Source of the DNA: Candidatus Nanopusillus sp.
GTDB taxonomy: Archaea > Nanobdellota > Nanobdellia > Nanobdellales > Nanobdellaceae
Reading direction: 5' to 3'
DNA length: 32,000 nucleotides
NCBI GenBank assembly: GCA_028276785.1
Contig: JAPYVP010000001.1
Span: 1-32,000 of the forward strand
The notes under the pieces were generated by a model. That model was given only the letters and a program-made list of their open reading frames with translations. It was not told the origin of the DNA and ran no database searches. Below, in pieces: positions 23,207 to 32,000 of this stretch; positions within the stretch are counted from its first letter, which is position 1, and each line of letters opens with the position of its first letter. The translations under genes and the position numbers were made by a program.

Positions 23207-24853
23207 TTATTTTATATTATTTAATAATTCTATATAAGTTGATATTGACCATAGTTGATGCAAGGCCCCTGCTGGTTTTAATTCATATGCACTAGATCTT
23301 TCTGGTAATGTTCCTATCATTTTTATTAATCTTTCGTTAGATTTCATAATACTATTTATTATATCCCAATATTTTTCCTTATTTAAATTATATAGATCCA
23401 TAGCAGCAATGTTATTTATAAAAATCCATGAATCTCCATTATGCATTGATTTTCCTTCATTTCTAAAATAATTATCTTCATTGCTATATGGGATAAATTC
23501 TTTATCAAATATAGATAAACTACTAATTCCTCCCCATTTTAGATATAAATGTGTTAATGAATAATCAAAAATATTTTCCCATTCATAATTTGAAAAAATC
23601 TTTGGATAAAAGTAATAAGATAAAAATACATTACATCTTATCTTCTTATTTTTTATATCATCATATAATGAAGAATCTGATAAATAATTTTTTCTAATAG
23701 AATTCTTTATTTTTTCTAATTTTTCTTTATACTCATCTTTTTTTGTATAATTATATAAATTATCATATGCATTTGCCATCAAAAATTGTATTTCTATTGG
23801 ATAAATTCTATTTAATGTGTCCATCCATGTCTCATTTGGATATGCTTTAAACAAAAATAATTTTTCATCTAAATAGTTTTCTTCAAATATATTTAATTTT
23901 TCAATAATATTATTTACTAATTTATCAAATATTTCTTTTTCAAATAAATCTTTAAATTGAAATAATCTGAAAATATACAACCCTATTCCATCGGAATTTC
24001 CAATATTTTCATTTTTTATATTCTTTAATCTTCCATCTGGCAAAAAATAATTTGAATATTCAATTAACTTATTCTTTACTATATCTTTATTGATATAGTA
24101 TAATCCTCCCAATGAAATTAGAACATCTCTACTCCATTCCTGAAAATACCATGGAAAACCTGCAGAAATGTTATTATCATAAATAAAAGATAATAACCCA
24201 TTTTCAATTAGATTTTTTCCATTCAAATTATCCTTATCATTTTTATATATTATTTCTAATTCTTTTGCATAAAAAGAAAATGGTAAATATATATATCTTT
24301 CAAATGGTGGAGATTTTCTATATAAGTCATAATTATAATTAACTTTTATCCATTTATTTAATTCTTGATAAACTTCAAATCTTTTTATTATTACTTCATA
24401 GTTTAAATCCCCTTTATTAAATTTTATTTTCACGTAATCATTATTTTTTTCAATATTATATATCCTTCCCCATTCATCTATATCATACAAATATCTTATA
24501 TCAAAATAAACATTTAATGTGGAATATTTATTTGTTTTATATATTAATTTATTATCTATTAATTTATATTCTTCCCATCCATCTTTATATATTATCTTTA
24601 AATCATTATAATCTTTTAATATTATCTTTTCAATTTCATTATAGTTTATATCTCTATTTTCTATTTTTTCTAATATTTTGATAAAATTGTTGTTATAATA
24701 TTGTAATAAACCAAAATATCTACTGTTATATAGTAAAGGTAAAAACAAAAAAGAACCTTTATTATATATAACAGCATAATCAAAGTTTTCTAATTCAATT
24801 TCTTTTTCCATACAAATAATTTCATTAAAAGATTTATAATTATTTTTATTCAT
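23207..24853 (-). CDS. glycogen debranching enzyme, archaeal type (amylo-alpha-1,6-glucosidase, GDE_C domain)
   Basis: 548 aa. The motif AGFPWYFQEWSRDVLISLGGL corresponds to the PWF..WGRD..I.L.G signature of GDE_C. The C-terminal HNGDSW and HQLWSIS fit the (alpha/alpha)6 family. Confidence 0.8.
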   Translation of the reverse strand: MNKNNYKSFNEIICMEKEIELENFDYAVIYNKGSFLFLPLLYNSRYFGLLQYYNNNFIKILEKIENRDINYNEIEKIILKDYNDLKIIYKDGWEEYKLIDNKLIYKTNKYSTLNVYFDIRYLYDIDEWGRIYNIEKNNDYVKIKFNKGDLNYEVIIKRFEVYQELNKWIKVNYNYDLYRKSPPFERYIYLPFSFYAKELEIIYKNDKDNLNGKNLIENGLLSFIYDNNISAGFPWYFQEWSRDVLISLGGLYYINKDIVKNKLIEYSNYFLPDGRLKNIKNENIGNSDGIGLYIFRLFQFKDLFEKEIFDKLVNNIIEKLNIFEENYLDEKLFLFKAYPNETWMDTLNRIYPIEIQFLMANAYDNLYNYTKKDEYKEKLEKIKNSIRKNYLSDSSLYDDIKNKKIRCNVFLSYYFYPKIFSNYEWENIFDYSLTHLYLKWGGISSLSIFDKEFIPYSNEDNYFRNEGKSMHNGDSWIFINNIAAMDLYNLNKEKYWDIINSIMKSNERLIKMIGTLPERSSAYELKPAGALHQLWSISTYIELLNNIK

Positions 24854-24862
24854 TTTTTAATT

Positions 24863-26059
24863 ATGAAAATATTATTTTTATCTTGGGGAGTATTTCCTCA
24901 GAAAGGTGGTGGATTAGAAAAAGTAACATATTATTATTTGAAATATCTCGATTATTTTAATAATAATGTTTATTTATTTATTTTAAATCTGACTGATGAT
25001 GTAAAATCTTTCTGGAATAATAAATTAAAGAACTCAAAAATTTTTGGATTAGATATGAAAGTATATCAATCGTACATAGATTATTTTAAATATGAATCTT
25101 TTACTTTATATAAGAGGAAAATTATAGACTATAAGAAGGCAGTAATTGAATATAAAGATAAAATAATAGATTTATTGAAAAAAATGAAATTAGATTTTGA
25201 TATAATATATGCATATGATTGGTTGACTGCTTTAGCAGGAATAGAAATAAAGAAGATATATAAAAAGCCATTGGTTGTTCATTTTCATTCTCTAGTATAT
25301 GACAGAGTTGGAGGAAATCCGGACGCATTAAAATATTTATATGATTATGATTATGGAATAGAATTGGAAGCATGTAAATACGCGGATAAAATTATAGTAG
25401 TAAGTAAGAGAGAAAAAGATATATTGGTAAAATATTATAATTGTGATGAGAAGAAGATTGATGTGATATATAATGCTCCAGATGACGATTTTAATATAAG
25501 AGAAAAAATAAATAGTAAAATAAAAGAAAAATATAAAATAGTATTATATCTCGGAAGAATGACAATGCATAAAGGCCCAGATTATTTATTAAAAGCAGCA
25601 AAAAAAGTTTTGGAAAAAAGAAAAGATGTATTATTTATATTCGCAGGAACTGGAGAAATGTTAGAATATTTAATAAAAATGGCTGCAGATTTAAATATAT
25701 CAAAAAATGTAATATTTACTGGATGGGTTGATGATGATTTAGCAGAATATTTATATTCAATAGCAGATATATTTGTTTTACCTTCTGTATCAGAACCCTT
25801 TGGTTTAACCCCATTTGAAGCTTTAAAATATAAAGATTTTATTATAATATCAAAACAAACAGGGGTATATGAAGTATTGAAAAATGCGTTAGCAGTTGAT
25901 TTTTGGGATATAAATAAAATGGCAGATTATATATTAGCATTATTATATTACCCAAAATTGGGAGAATATGAGATAAAGTTATGTTTGGATGATATAAAAA
26001 ATTTATCTTGGAAAAATTCTGTAGAAAAATTAATTTCTATTTTCAATAGTTTGATCTAA
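24863..26059 (+). CDS. GT-B glycosyltransferase (GT4/GT5-like), probable glycogen/alpha-glucan synthase
   Basis: 398 aa. Motifs are MKILFLSWGVFPQKGGGLEKV, AYDWLTALAG, VVHFHSL, and the E-x7-E region PSVSEPFGLTPFEALKY, in a glycogen gene context. Confidence 0.75.
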   Translation: MKILFLSWGVFPQKGGGLEKVTYYYLKYLDYFNNNVYLFILNLTDDVKSFWNNKLKNSKIFGLDMKVYQSYIDYFKYESFTLYKRKIIDYKKAVIEYKDKIIDLLKKMKLDFDIIYAYDWLTALAGIEIKKIYKKPLVVHFHSLVYDRVGGNPDALKYLYDYDYGIELEACKYADKIIVVSKREKDILVKYYNCDEKKIDVIYNAPDDDFNIREKINSKIKEKYKIVLYLGRMTMHKGPDYLLKAAKKVLEKRKDVLFIFAGTGEMLEYLIKMAADLNISKNVIFTGWVDDDLAEYLYSIADIFVLPSVSEPFGLTPFEALKYKDFIIISKQTGVYEVLKNALAVDFWDINKMADYILALLYYPKLGEYEIKLCLDDIKNLSWKNSVEKLISIFNSLI

Positions 26060-27205
26060 TTCTATATCTCTTAAAATGTTCATATATGATATAAAAGAAT
26101 CATAAGGAGTTGCAAAAGCTTCTTCCCTAAAATATTTGTGTACATCACCATCGCTATTATATTTTAGACTCATATAATAGAAATTATCGGAAGTTGATAA
26201 ATATCTCAATATATTTAATGTTTTTTCGTCATTTTTAAACTTTCTATATAATTCTCTTAAATAATCTAAAGCTTCTCTTTGTATACTATCTCCAATCCAT
26301 GCAGATAGATCTCTTTCAATATCTGCCCATGATATTAGTTCAGGTATATCTAATTCATCTTTATAATTAAATTCTTCAGTAGCTTCAGTTATATTATATG
26401 TTTCAAAATATTTCTCTTTTCCAATATATTCAAATAGCTTGTTCCAAAATTCAAATATTCCAGATTCTTTCCATATATGTTCTCCTATTGTTTCAAAATC
26501 CATAAATATGTTTATTATATCTCCAGGAGTATTCTTTAACCATAAATAATATTTATCTGCGGTTAATGGATATTCTGACCAATACTTATTTGTAAATCTA
26601 AATCCTATATCATCAGACAATCTATAATTTCTTAATAATAGCCTTAAATTATTTATTTTTAATTTATATACATAATTTGGACTTCTATTTCCCAAAATTT
26701 TTTCAGTCCCTTCAGTTAATGCCACTTTATATCCCAAAGAATATACAATTTCCCCAATTTCATTATTAAATACAAGCTCAAAATTCCTAAAGCTTCTAGA
26801 TTTATAATTAAATATTTCCTTTATTTTTTTTCTATGTAACTTTATTTGATTAATAAATTCATCTTTATCAATTAAATATGCCAATGAATGATAATAAGTT
26901 TCTGATACAATTTCTACATTTCCTGTATCTACTAATTTTTTCCATAGTTCTAGAATTTCTGGATGATATAATTCTAATTGTTCAATTAACGTTCCAGAAA
27001 TTGAAAATGATACTTTTATATCGTATTTTATGATATTATCGTATATCATTTCCAATGCTGGTTTATAACATTTATATACAACTCTATCCAATATCCTTTT
27101 ATTTAAATCATCGTTGAAATAATTTTTTGATCCTATATCAAAAAAAGAATAATATCTTATTCTTCTCGGTTGATGAGCATGGAAATAAAATACAATACCG
27201 GTCAT
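26030..27205 (-). CDS. glycoside hydrolase family 57 protein (alpha-amylase/branching-enzyme family)
   Basis: 391 aa. The N-terminal IVFYFHAHQPRR is the GH57 HxHQP signature. FMDFETIGEH fits the catalytic region. The 3' end overlaps the convergent GT gene by 30 nt. Confidence 0.85.
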   Translation of the reverse strand: MTGIVFYFHAHQPRRIRYYSFFDIGSKNYFNDDLNKRILDRVVYKCYKPALEMIYDNIIKYDIKVSFSISGTLIEQLELYHPEILELWKKLVDTGNVEIVSETYYHSLAYLIDKDEFINQIKLHRKKIKEIFNYKSRSFRNFELVFNNEIGEIVYSLGYKVALTEGTEKILGNRSPNYVYKLKINNLRLLLRNYRLSDDIGFRFTNKYWSEYPLTADKYYLWLKNTPGDIINIFMDFETIGEHIWKESGIFEFWNKLFEYIGKEKYFETYNITEATEEFNYKDELDIPELISWADIERDLSAWIGDSIQREALDYLRELYRKFKNDEKTLNILRYLSTSDNFYYMSLKYNSDGDVHKYFREEAFATPYDSFISYMNILRDIELDQTIENRN

Positions 27206-27241
27206 AAATATTTTTTAAAGATATAAAATATAAAATTTAAT

Positions 27242-27556
27242 ATGATTGAAGTTGATAATGAAAAAGAAGCATTTATCACTATTGATGGACAAAAATTATA
27301 TGGTCTTCAAGATCTATTAATTTGGTTATATAATGCAGATCAGGACAAATTTAATTATCATAAAGATCATTTTCTAGAATGGATAAAAAATGCATTAAAA
27401 GAGGAAGTTTTATATGAAAAGATAAAGGAAGCAAAAGATAAGGATGAATATATAAAAATTATAGGAAATTTCTTAAAAGCTCACGAAATATATGTAAAGA
27501 AAAAGCTTTCAAAAGAAGAGGCTGAAGTAAAATTTTCAAAATTATTAGGATTATGA
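27242..27556 (+). CDS. small soluble hypothetical protein, first gene of the ParA/GT3 operon
   Basis: 104 aa: MIEVDNEKEAFITIDGQKLYGLQDLLIWLYNADQDKFNYHKDHFLEWIKNAL... It is Lys/Glu-rich and overlaps the next gene through ATGA. It may resemble small proteins found beside GH57 or glycosyltransferase genes elsewhere, but I cannot verify this. Confidence 0.6.
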   Translation: MIEVDNEKEAFITIDGQKLYGLQDLLIWLYNADQDKFNYHKDHFLEWIKNALKEEVLYEKIKEAKDKDEYIKIIGNFLKAHEIYVKKKLSKEEAEVKFSKLLGL

Positions 27557-28215
27557 TAATATCTTTTCTATCATTAAAGGGAGGAGTTGGAAAAACCACA
27601 TTGGCAAATAATCTTGCAGCATATTTAAAGAAGGAATATAATTATAAAGTATTAATAATAGATACAAACGGAATATATTCTTCAAATTTAATATTTTTAA
27701 ATAATGAAAAATTATTTGGAAATAAAGTATATCAAGGAATAAAGGTATTGCCATATTTTCATTTAAAAATTATAGATAATTTAGATTTTAGTATTAATGA
27801 TTTAAATTATTTGAAAAGATATTATGATGTAATTATCTTTGATGTACTTCCAAACATAAATTATATACTAAGTATTGAAAAAATATCAGACATAAATTTC
27901 TTAGTAATAAATCCTGATTTCTATTCTTTATATGTAAATAAAAAATTATATGATCTTTTAGATAAAAATAAGGTTAAGATAATATTAAATAAATATGATA
28001 AGAGTATTGAAATAGACTTTATAGAAGATGTATTTAAGAAAGAAATATATACAGTTATTCCAATAATTAAAGACTTTATTAATTATCAATTTCAATATCA
28101 ACCCATTGCATTTTATAATGAAAGATCAAAAGCATTAAAATATATAGATGAGCTGGCATATTGTATAACTGGTAATAAAAGGAAGAGGAGTATATTTGAT
28201 ATTATATTTAGATGA
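27553..28215 (+). CDS. ParA/MinD-family P-loop ATPase
   Basis: 220 aa. It has the deviant Walker A SLKGGVGKTTLANNLA and a Walker B-like VIIFDV. ATGA overlaps occur at both ends. Confidence 0.85.
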   Translation: MIISFLSLKGGVGKTTLANNLAAYLKKEYNYKVLIIDTNGIYSSNLIFLNNEKLFGNKVYQGIKVLPYFHLKIIDNLDFSINDLNYLKRYYDVIIFDVLPNINYILSIEKISDINFLVINPDFYSLYVNKKLYDLLDKNKVKIILNKYDKSIEIDFIEDVFKKEIYTVIPIIKDFINYQFQYQPIAFYNERSKALKYIDELAYCITGNKRKRSIFDIIFR

Positions 28216-29831
28216 TATTGTTTGAACAATCTTGGGAAGTATGCAATAAAGTCGGGGGAATATATACTGTATTGTATACTAAGGCAAAGTATATAAAAGA
28301 AAAGTATAATGATAAATATTTTTTGATAGGTCCATATAAAAATAGTTCGGAATTTATTGAATTAGATCCTCCAAGTTATATAAAAGAAATAAATTATCAA
28401 TTAGATGGGATTAAAGTACACTATGGATATTGGAATATTGAATCAAAACCAAACGTATTCTTAATAGAATTTGATGAATTTTTCAATAAGGAAAGAAATT
28501 TATGGAAATATAAATATTGGGAGTGGTATAAAATAGATTCTTTAAATTCGGACTTTACTTTTGATGAACCACTTTTATGGTCTGTTGCTGTTGGTATATT
28601 TTTAGAAAAGTTAGATAAATATTTTAATGAGAAAAAAATATTACATGCGCATGAATGGTTGTCTGGAGGTACAATATTATATATAAAGAAAAATAATTTA
28701 AATTATAAGACAATATTAACGATTCATGGAACAGTAATTGGAAGAACTTTATCTGAAAAAAATGTAAATATGGAGAAAGCATTGGATATTATAGATCCAG
28801 ATAAAGATTCTTATAGATTAGGAATAAATTCAAAGTATCAATTGGAAAAGCAAGCAATATTAAATTCTGATATATTTACAGTGGTATCTGATAATTTGGG
28901 AGAGGAAGCATATAAAATATATAAGAGAAAACCAGATTATATAACGTATAATTATATAAATGTAAAGGAAAAAGATTTATTTAATTATTATAAAATTTCA
29001 AAGAAATGGATGGATGAATTTTTGACCTGGTATTTTTACCCATATTATGATCTACCAGAAAAATATTTATTGATATATACAATTGGTAGATATGAGCCAT
29101 ATAATAAGGGTCTAGATCTATTTATTGATTTATTAAAATATTTAGATGAAAATAAATTAAATACTATTACATTCATTTTTGTTCCTTACAATATTAAAGG
29201 ACAAAATAATGATATAATTAGATCTTATAAAGAGTATATTAAATTGAAGGAAAATATAGAAGAAAATATACATTTAATCATTAGATCTTTATATAATGGA
29301 AGAAATATATTAGATAAATTAGACAGAATAAAGAATAAGAATCCACCAATATGTACTCATGATGTGGAAAATAATATTATAATTGAGAAATTAAGAGAAA
29401 ATAATTTAAACAATGATAAAAATAACTATGTAAAAGTTATATATGTTCCAGTTTATCTTGGAAATGATGTATTATTTAGTTTGGATCTGGAATATATATT
29501 ACCAGTATTTGATTTTGGCATATTTTTATCAAGGTATGAACCTTACGGGTATACACCTTTAGAAGCATTGAATAATTTTGTTCCGATTGTTTTATCCAAT
29601 AAAACGGGATTTTATAGAAATTTAATAAGTAAAAATATAAATCATGAATATATAATTAGTGTAGATCCAAATAATTTGGATAAAGAATTTATATATAATA
29701 AATTTTTACAATATTATAATTTAGATTTATATGATAAAATGGAAATAAAAAAGCAAATGTATGATATATCTAAGAAATTTGATTGGAAAAATAATATAAA
29801 CGAATATGTAAATATTTATGACTCTATGTAA
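28212..29831 (+). CDS. glycogen synthase, GT3 (animal/fungal-type) family
   Basis: 539 aa. It is collinear with human/yeast glycogen synthase as I remember it: LFEQSWEVCNKVGGIYTVLYTKAK, YFLIGPY, HAHEWLSG, TIHGTVIGRTL, IGRYEPYNKGLDLF, PPICTHD, VKVIYVPVYL and SRYEPYGYTPLEA. It lacks the eukaryotic phospho-regulatory tails. Confidence 0.92.
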   Translation: MILFEQSWEVCNKVGGIYTVLYTKAKYIKEKYNDKYFLIGPYKNSSEFIELDPPSYIKEINYQLDGIKVHYGYWNIESKPNVFLIEFDEFFNKERNLWKYKYWEWYKIDSLNSDFTFDEPLLWSVAVGIFLEKLDKYFNEKKILHAHEWLSGGTILYIKKNNLNYKTILTIHGTVIGRTLSEKNVNMEKALDIIDPDKDSYRLGINSKYQLEKQAILNSDIFTVVSDNLGEEAYKIYKRKPDYITYNYINVKEKDLFNYYKISKKWMDEFLTWYFYPYYDLPEKYLLIYTIGRYEPYNKGLDLFIDLLKYLDENKLNTITFIFVPYNIKGQNNDIIRSYKEYIKLKENIEENIHLIIRSLYNGRNILDKLDRIKNKNPPICTHDVENNIIIEKLRENNLNNDKNNYVKVIYVPVYLGNDVLFSLDLEYILPVFDFGIFLSRYEPYGYTPLEALNNFVPIVLSNKTGFYRNLISKNINHEYIISVDPNNLDKEFIYNKFLQYYNLDLYDKMEIKKQMYDISKKFDWKNNINEYVNIYDSM

Positions 29832-29864
29832 TAATTTAAAAGTAATAAAAATTAATTTTGATAT

Positions 29865-30524
29865 ATGGCATCATTTGCAGATTTTATAATAAACCTAGTA
29901 AATATATTGGGAATAAACTTAATATTTGTTTTTCTATTCTATTTTGGAGTATTGTATTTTTTAATAAAATTTTTGCTAGATAGTATTGTAGGAAAAGATG
30001 AAAAAGGAGGAAAAAAAGATATAAATAATATATTAGCGTTTATTATATCAACTTCTGCATCATTTTTATTAACAACATTTACTGGTTTTGTTTTATATAC
30101 ACAATATTTTGTAGCTTTTATAGTTTCAAAGATTCTAGTATTATTTTTCTTTATACTTATAACAGCTTTCTTAACAAATGGTAAAATATTCGAATTAATG
30201 GAAAAAGGAATGTTTTCTGGTGAAGGAAAACGAGGTAGTGCCAGACTTATACCACCAATAATGCTAATAATATTTATTATTGTATTTGCTTTATTATCAA
30301 TGTATTATGCATATCAAGATTATTTTTTATCAATAACCTTTGGTACATCTCCACAAGCACAAATTTATACAATAACTTTTAATCCTTATATATTATTTGC
30401 AATGATGTTCTTTATTTTAATAGGAATATTTTTGATATTCTCTAGTACTGGTTTTAGTTCTGAAGGTGGAAAAGGATCTGAAAAACAGGAAGCAAAAGGT
30501 GGGGATAAAGGAAAATCACAATAA
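29865..30524 (+). CDS. hypothetical multi-pass membrane protein with Gly/Lys-rich tail
   Basis: 219 aa with about five hydrophobic helices and the C-terminal tail SSEGGKGSEKQEAKGGDKGKSQ. No family recognised. Confidence 0.65.
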   Translation: MASFADFIINLVNILGINLIFVFLFYFGVLYFLIKFLLDSIVGKDEKGGKKDINNILAFIISTSASFLLTTFTGFVLYTQYFVAFIVSKILVLFFFILITAFLTNGKIFELMEKGMFSGEGKRGSARLIPPIMLIIFIIVFALLSMYYAYQDYFLSITFGTSPQAQIYTITFNPYILFAMMFFILIGIFLIFSSTGFSSEGGKGSEKQEAKGGDKGKSQ

Positions 30525-31214
30525 TTATTTTTTTATTTCTTCAACTATGCAATCATCTCCACATAATTTTCCTATATCTGAATAAAATTCTGATAACAAT
30601 CCAATTGGGATTTCTAATATTGCTTCATAAGTTTCATCCCAGCTCTCTTTTATAATTTTATATTTATTTTTTATTATTCCTATTATTTTAAATCTATTTG
30701 GATATACTATAAGTTTTATATTTTTATATTCTACTTTTAATGGATATTTTTTTCTTATTTCTTTTAAAACTTCTTCAGCTTGCTTTTCTACTGGTTTATT
30801 TATATCTACATTATATTTTATCATTTCAAATAGTTCTTTAGCTCTTTCATATGTTAATGGCATGTTATTTTTACTATCATATGCTATTTTTCTTATATAT
30901 TCAATAATTTGTTTTTTCTTTTCTTCAATTAATTCTCTCTTATATTCTGTTGGTAATGGAATTTCAGAATTTTCTAATATTTCTTTAGCAATTTCAAGAA
31001 TATCTGTAGTTCCGAAAGCTTTCTTTAAAGATTCGCTTGATGCCCTTTCTCCCTTTTTAGAATCTTTAAAAATTTCTTCTACAGCTAATACTTCTCTTAT
31101 ATCTTTTATTTTTCCTTCTTTATATTCAAAAGCCTTTCTTAAATATACAATTATCTCAAAATTATAACCTTCTTTCTTATATTTTATACTTATTTCTGTA
31201 TCTTTATTCTTCAT
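30525..31214 (-). CDS. ribosome maturation protein SBDS/Sdo1 homologue
   Basis: 229 aa. It contains FKDSKKGERASSESLKKAFGTTDILEIAKEILENSEIPLPTEYKRE, which is the conserved FYSH-domain core. Its position directly downstream of psmA matches many archaea. Confidence 0.9.
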   Translation of the reverse strand: MKNKDTEISIKYKKEGYNFEIIVYLRKAFEYKEGKIKDIREVLAVEEIFKDSKKGERASSESLKKAFGTTDILEIAKEILENSEIPLPTEYKRELIEEKKKQIIEYIRKIAYDSKNNMPLTYERAKELFEMIKYNVDINKPVEKQAEEVLKEIRKKYPLKVEYKNIKLIVYPNRFKIIGIIKNKYKIIKESWDETYEAILEIPIGLLSEFYSDIGKLCGDDCIVEEIKK

Positions 31215-31920
31215 ATAGTTCTTTTACTTTATGATTTTCAAGTGTTCTAACTTTTTCACCTCTCTTCACATAGGACAATATTAATCTCTCATATGCAAAA
31301 TTATTTCCCAAATATTCTTTTAATACATCTATTCCAAATTTAATTGCTTCATTTAAATCCATTTCTTTATATCTTTCTTCTAATATTGGTGTAATCTTAT
31401 CTTCACCCTCTCCAATTACAACAGCTTTATATCTATAGAATATTCCAGAAGGATCTAATGAAAACAATTTTGGTTCACCATCTTTATCTATCCCACCAAT
31501 TATTAATGATACGGCAAAAGGTCTTATACCACCGAATCTTGTATAAGATTGCATTATATCACTTATTTCCCTTACTAATAATTCTATATCTATTTGTTTT
31601 CCATATTGTAGTTTATGTTGTTGAGCAATTTCTCTTGCATAATCTATTAGTACTCTACCATCTGGTATGAATCCAGAAAATGTTCCAATTATGTGATCAT
31701 CAATTTCCATAATTTTTTCAATAGAATCTGTTATAATTAGTTTGCTTGGAATTTTTTTATCTGCAATTATTAATATACCATCTGTTGCACATATTCCAAT
31801 TGCTGTTGATCCAGCCTTTGCAGCTTGTTTTGCATATTCTACTAATATCAATTTTCCTTCTGGTGAAAATATTGTCCACCCCCTATCCATTGGTCCAAAA
31901 TGCCCAATATCAGTTTCCAT
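31204..31920 (-). CDS. psmA: proteasome subunit alpha
   Basis: 238 aa. Motifs are DRGWTIFSPEGKLILVEYAKQAAKAGSTAIGI, GFIPDGRVL and RPFAVSLIIGG. Its stop overlaps the SBDS start by 11 nt. Confidence 0.93.
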   Translation of the reverse strand: METDIGHFGPMDRGWTIFSPEGKLILVEYAKQAAKAGSTAIGICATDGILIIADKKIPSKLIITDSIEKIMEIDDHIIGTFSGFIPDGRVLIDYAREIAQQHKLQYGKQIDIELLVREISDIMQSYTRFGGIRPFAVSLIIGGIDKDGEPKLFSLDPSGIFYRYKAVVIGEGEDKITPILEERYKEMDLNEAIKFGIDVLKEYLGNNFAYERLILSYVKRGEKVRTLENHKVKELYEE

Positions 31921-32000
31921 AAAGATAAGGTTTAAGATATATTTAAAAAAGATTTTGCACCTTTTAATGTTTTAAATATTTTAAAATTTTTTATATTTTG

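Noticed and set aside
22418-23224. Plus-strand ORFs 22418-22795 and 22895-23224
   Set aside because: They are antisense to the AAA+/wHTH gene, which has clear Walker A/B and HTH motifs. Their products are F/L/I/S-rich nonsense.
26030-26059. 30-nt convergent overlap between the GT4/5-like gene and the GH57 gene as a sign of mis-annotation
   Set aside because: Both ORFs have family-typical ends, and similar convergent overlaps occur elsewhere in this compact window (7291-7314 and 8363-8366). It is probably genuine compaction.
25122-31975. ORFs 25122-25373 (-), 27551-27754 (-), 30862-31167 (+), 31458-31670 (+) and 31742-31975 (+)
   Set aside because: Each is antisense to a confidently identified gene (the GT, ParA, SBDS and psmA).

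Overview
This is a very AT-rich, tightly packed archaeal chromosome segment. Gaps between genes are mostly 0-50 bp, several start and stop codons overlap as ATGA, and four intron-less, GC-rich tRNA genes abut protein genes. Recognisable housekeeping genes are Taw3, archaeal DnaG, class V fructose-1,6-bisphosphate aldolase/phosphatase, ribosomal stalk protein P1, an unsplit archaeal AlaRS, TrmY, SBDS and proteasome alpha. Composition, compaction and gene content suggest a small-genome thermophilic archaeon of the Nanoarchaeota/DPANN type; this is inference only. The accessory content falls into three blocks. (1) 734-7314 is a same-strand cluster of nine genes, two of them micro-ORFs missing from the supplied track. 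Every product is an N-terminal signal-anchor followed by an Asn/Tyr-rich ectodomain dense in N-glycosylation sequons, with no family I recognise. This is the best candidate for an undescribed cell-surface or host-contact apparatus. (2) 16.7-22.2 kb is a surface-protein block. It holds a membrane-anchored thermopsin-family (A5) protease and an 18-heptad L-x3-Y-x2 stalk protein bracketed by a perfect 28-bp direct repeat next to tRNA-Pro. It also holds a CAP-like protein that may be split by a frameshift. A beta-module recurs in three of these proteins. (3) 23.2-29.8 kb is a glycogen block with a debranching enzyme, a GT4/5-like synthase, GH57 and a eukaryote-type GT3 glycogen synthase. The GT3 gene is translationally coupled to a ParA/MinD ATPase and a small unknown protein. 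I saw no CRISPR array, rRNA, transposase or integrase. All family calls come from motif recognition by eye and memory, not from searches.
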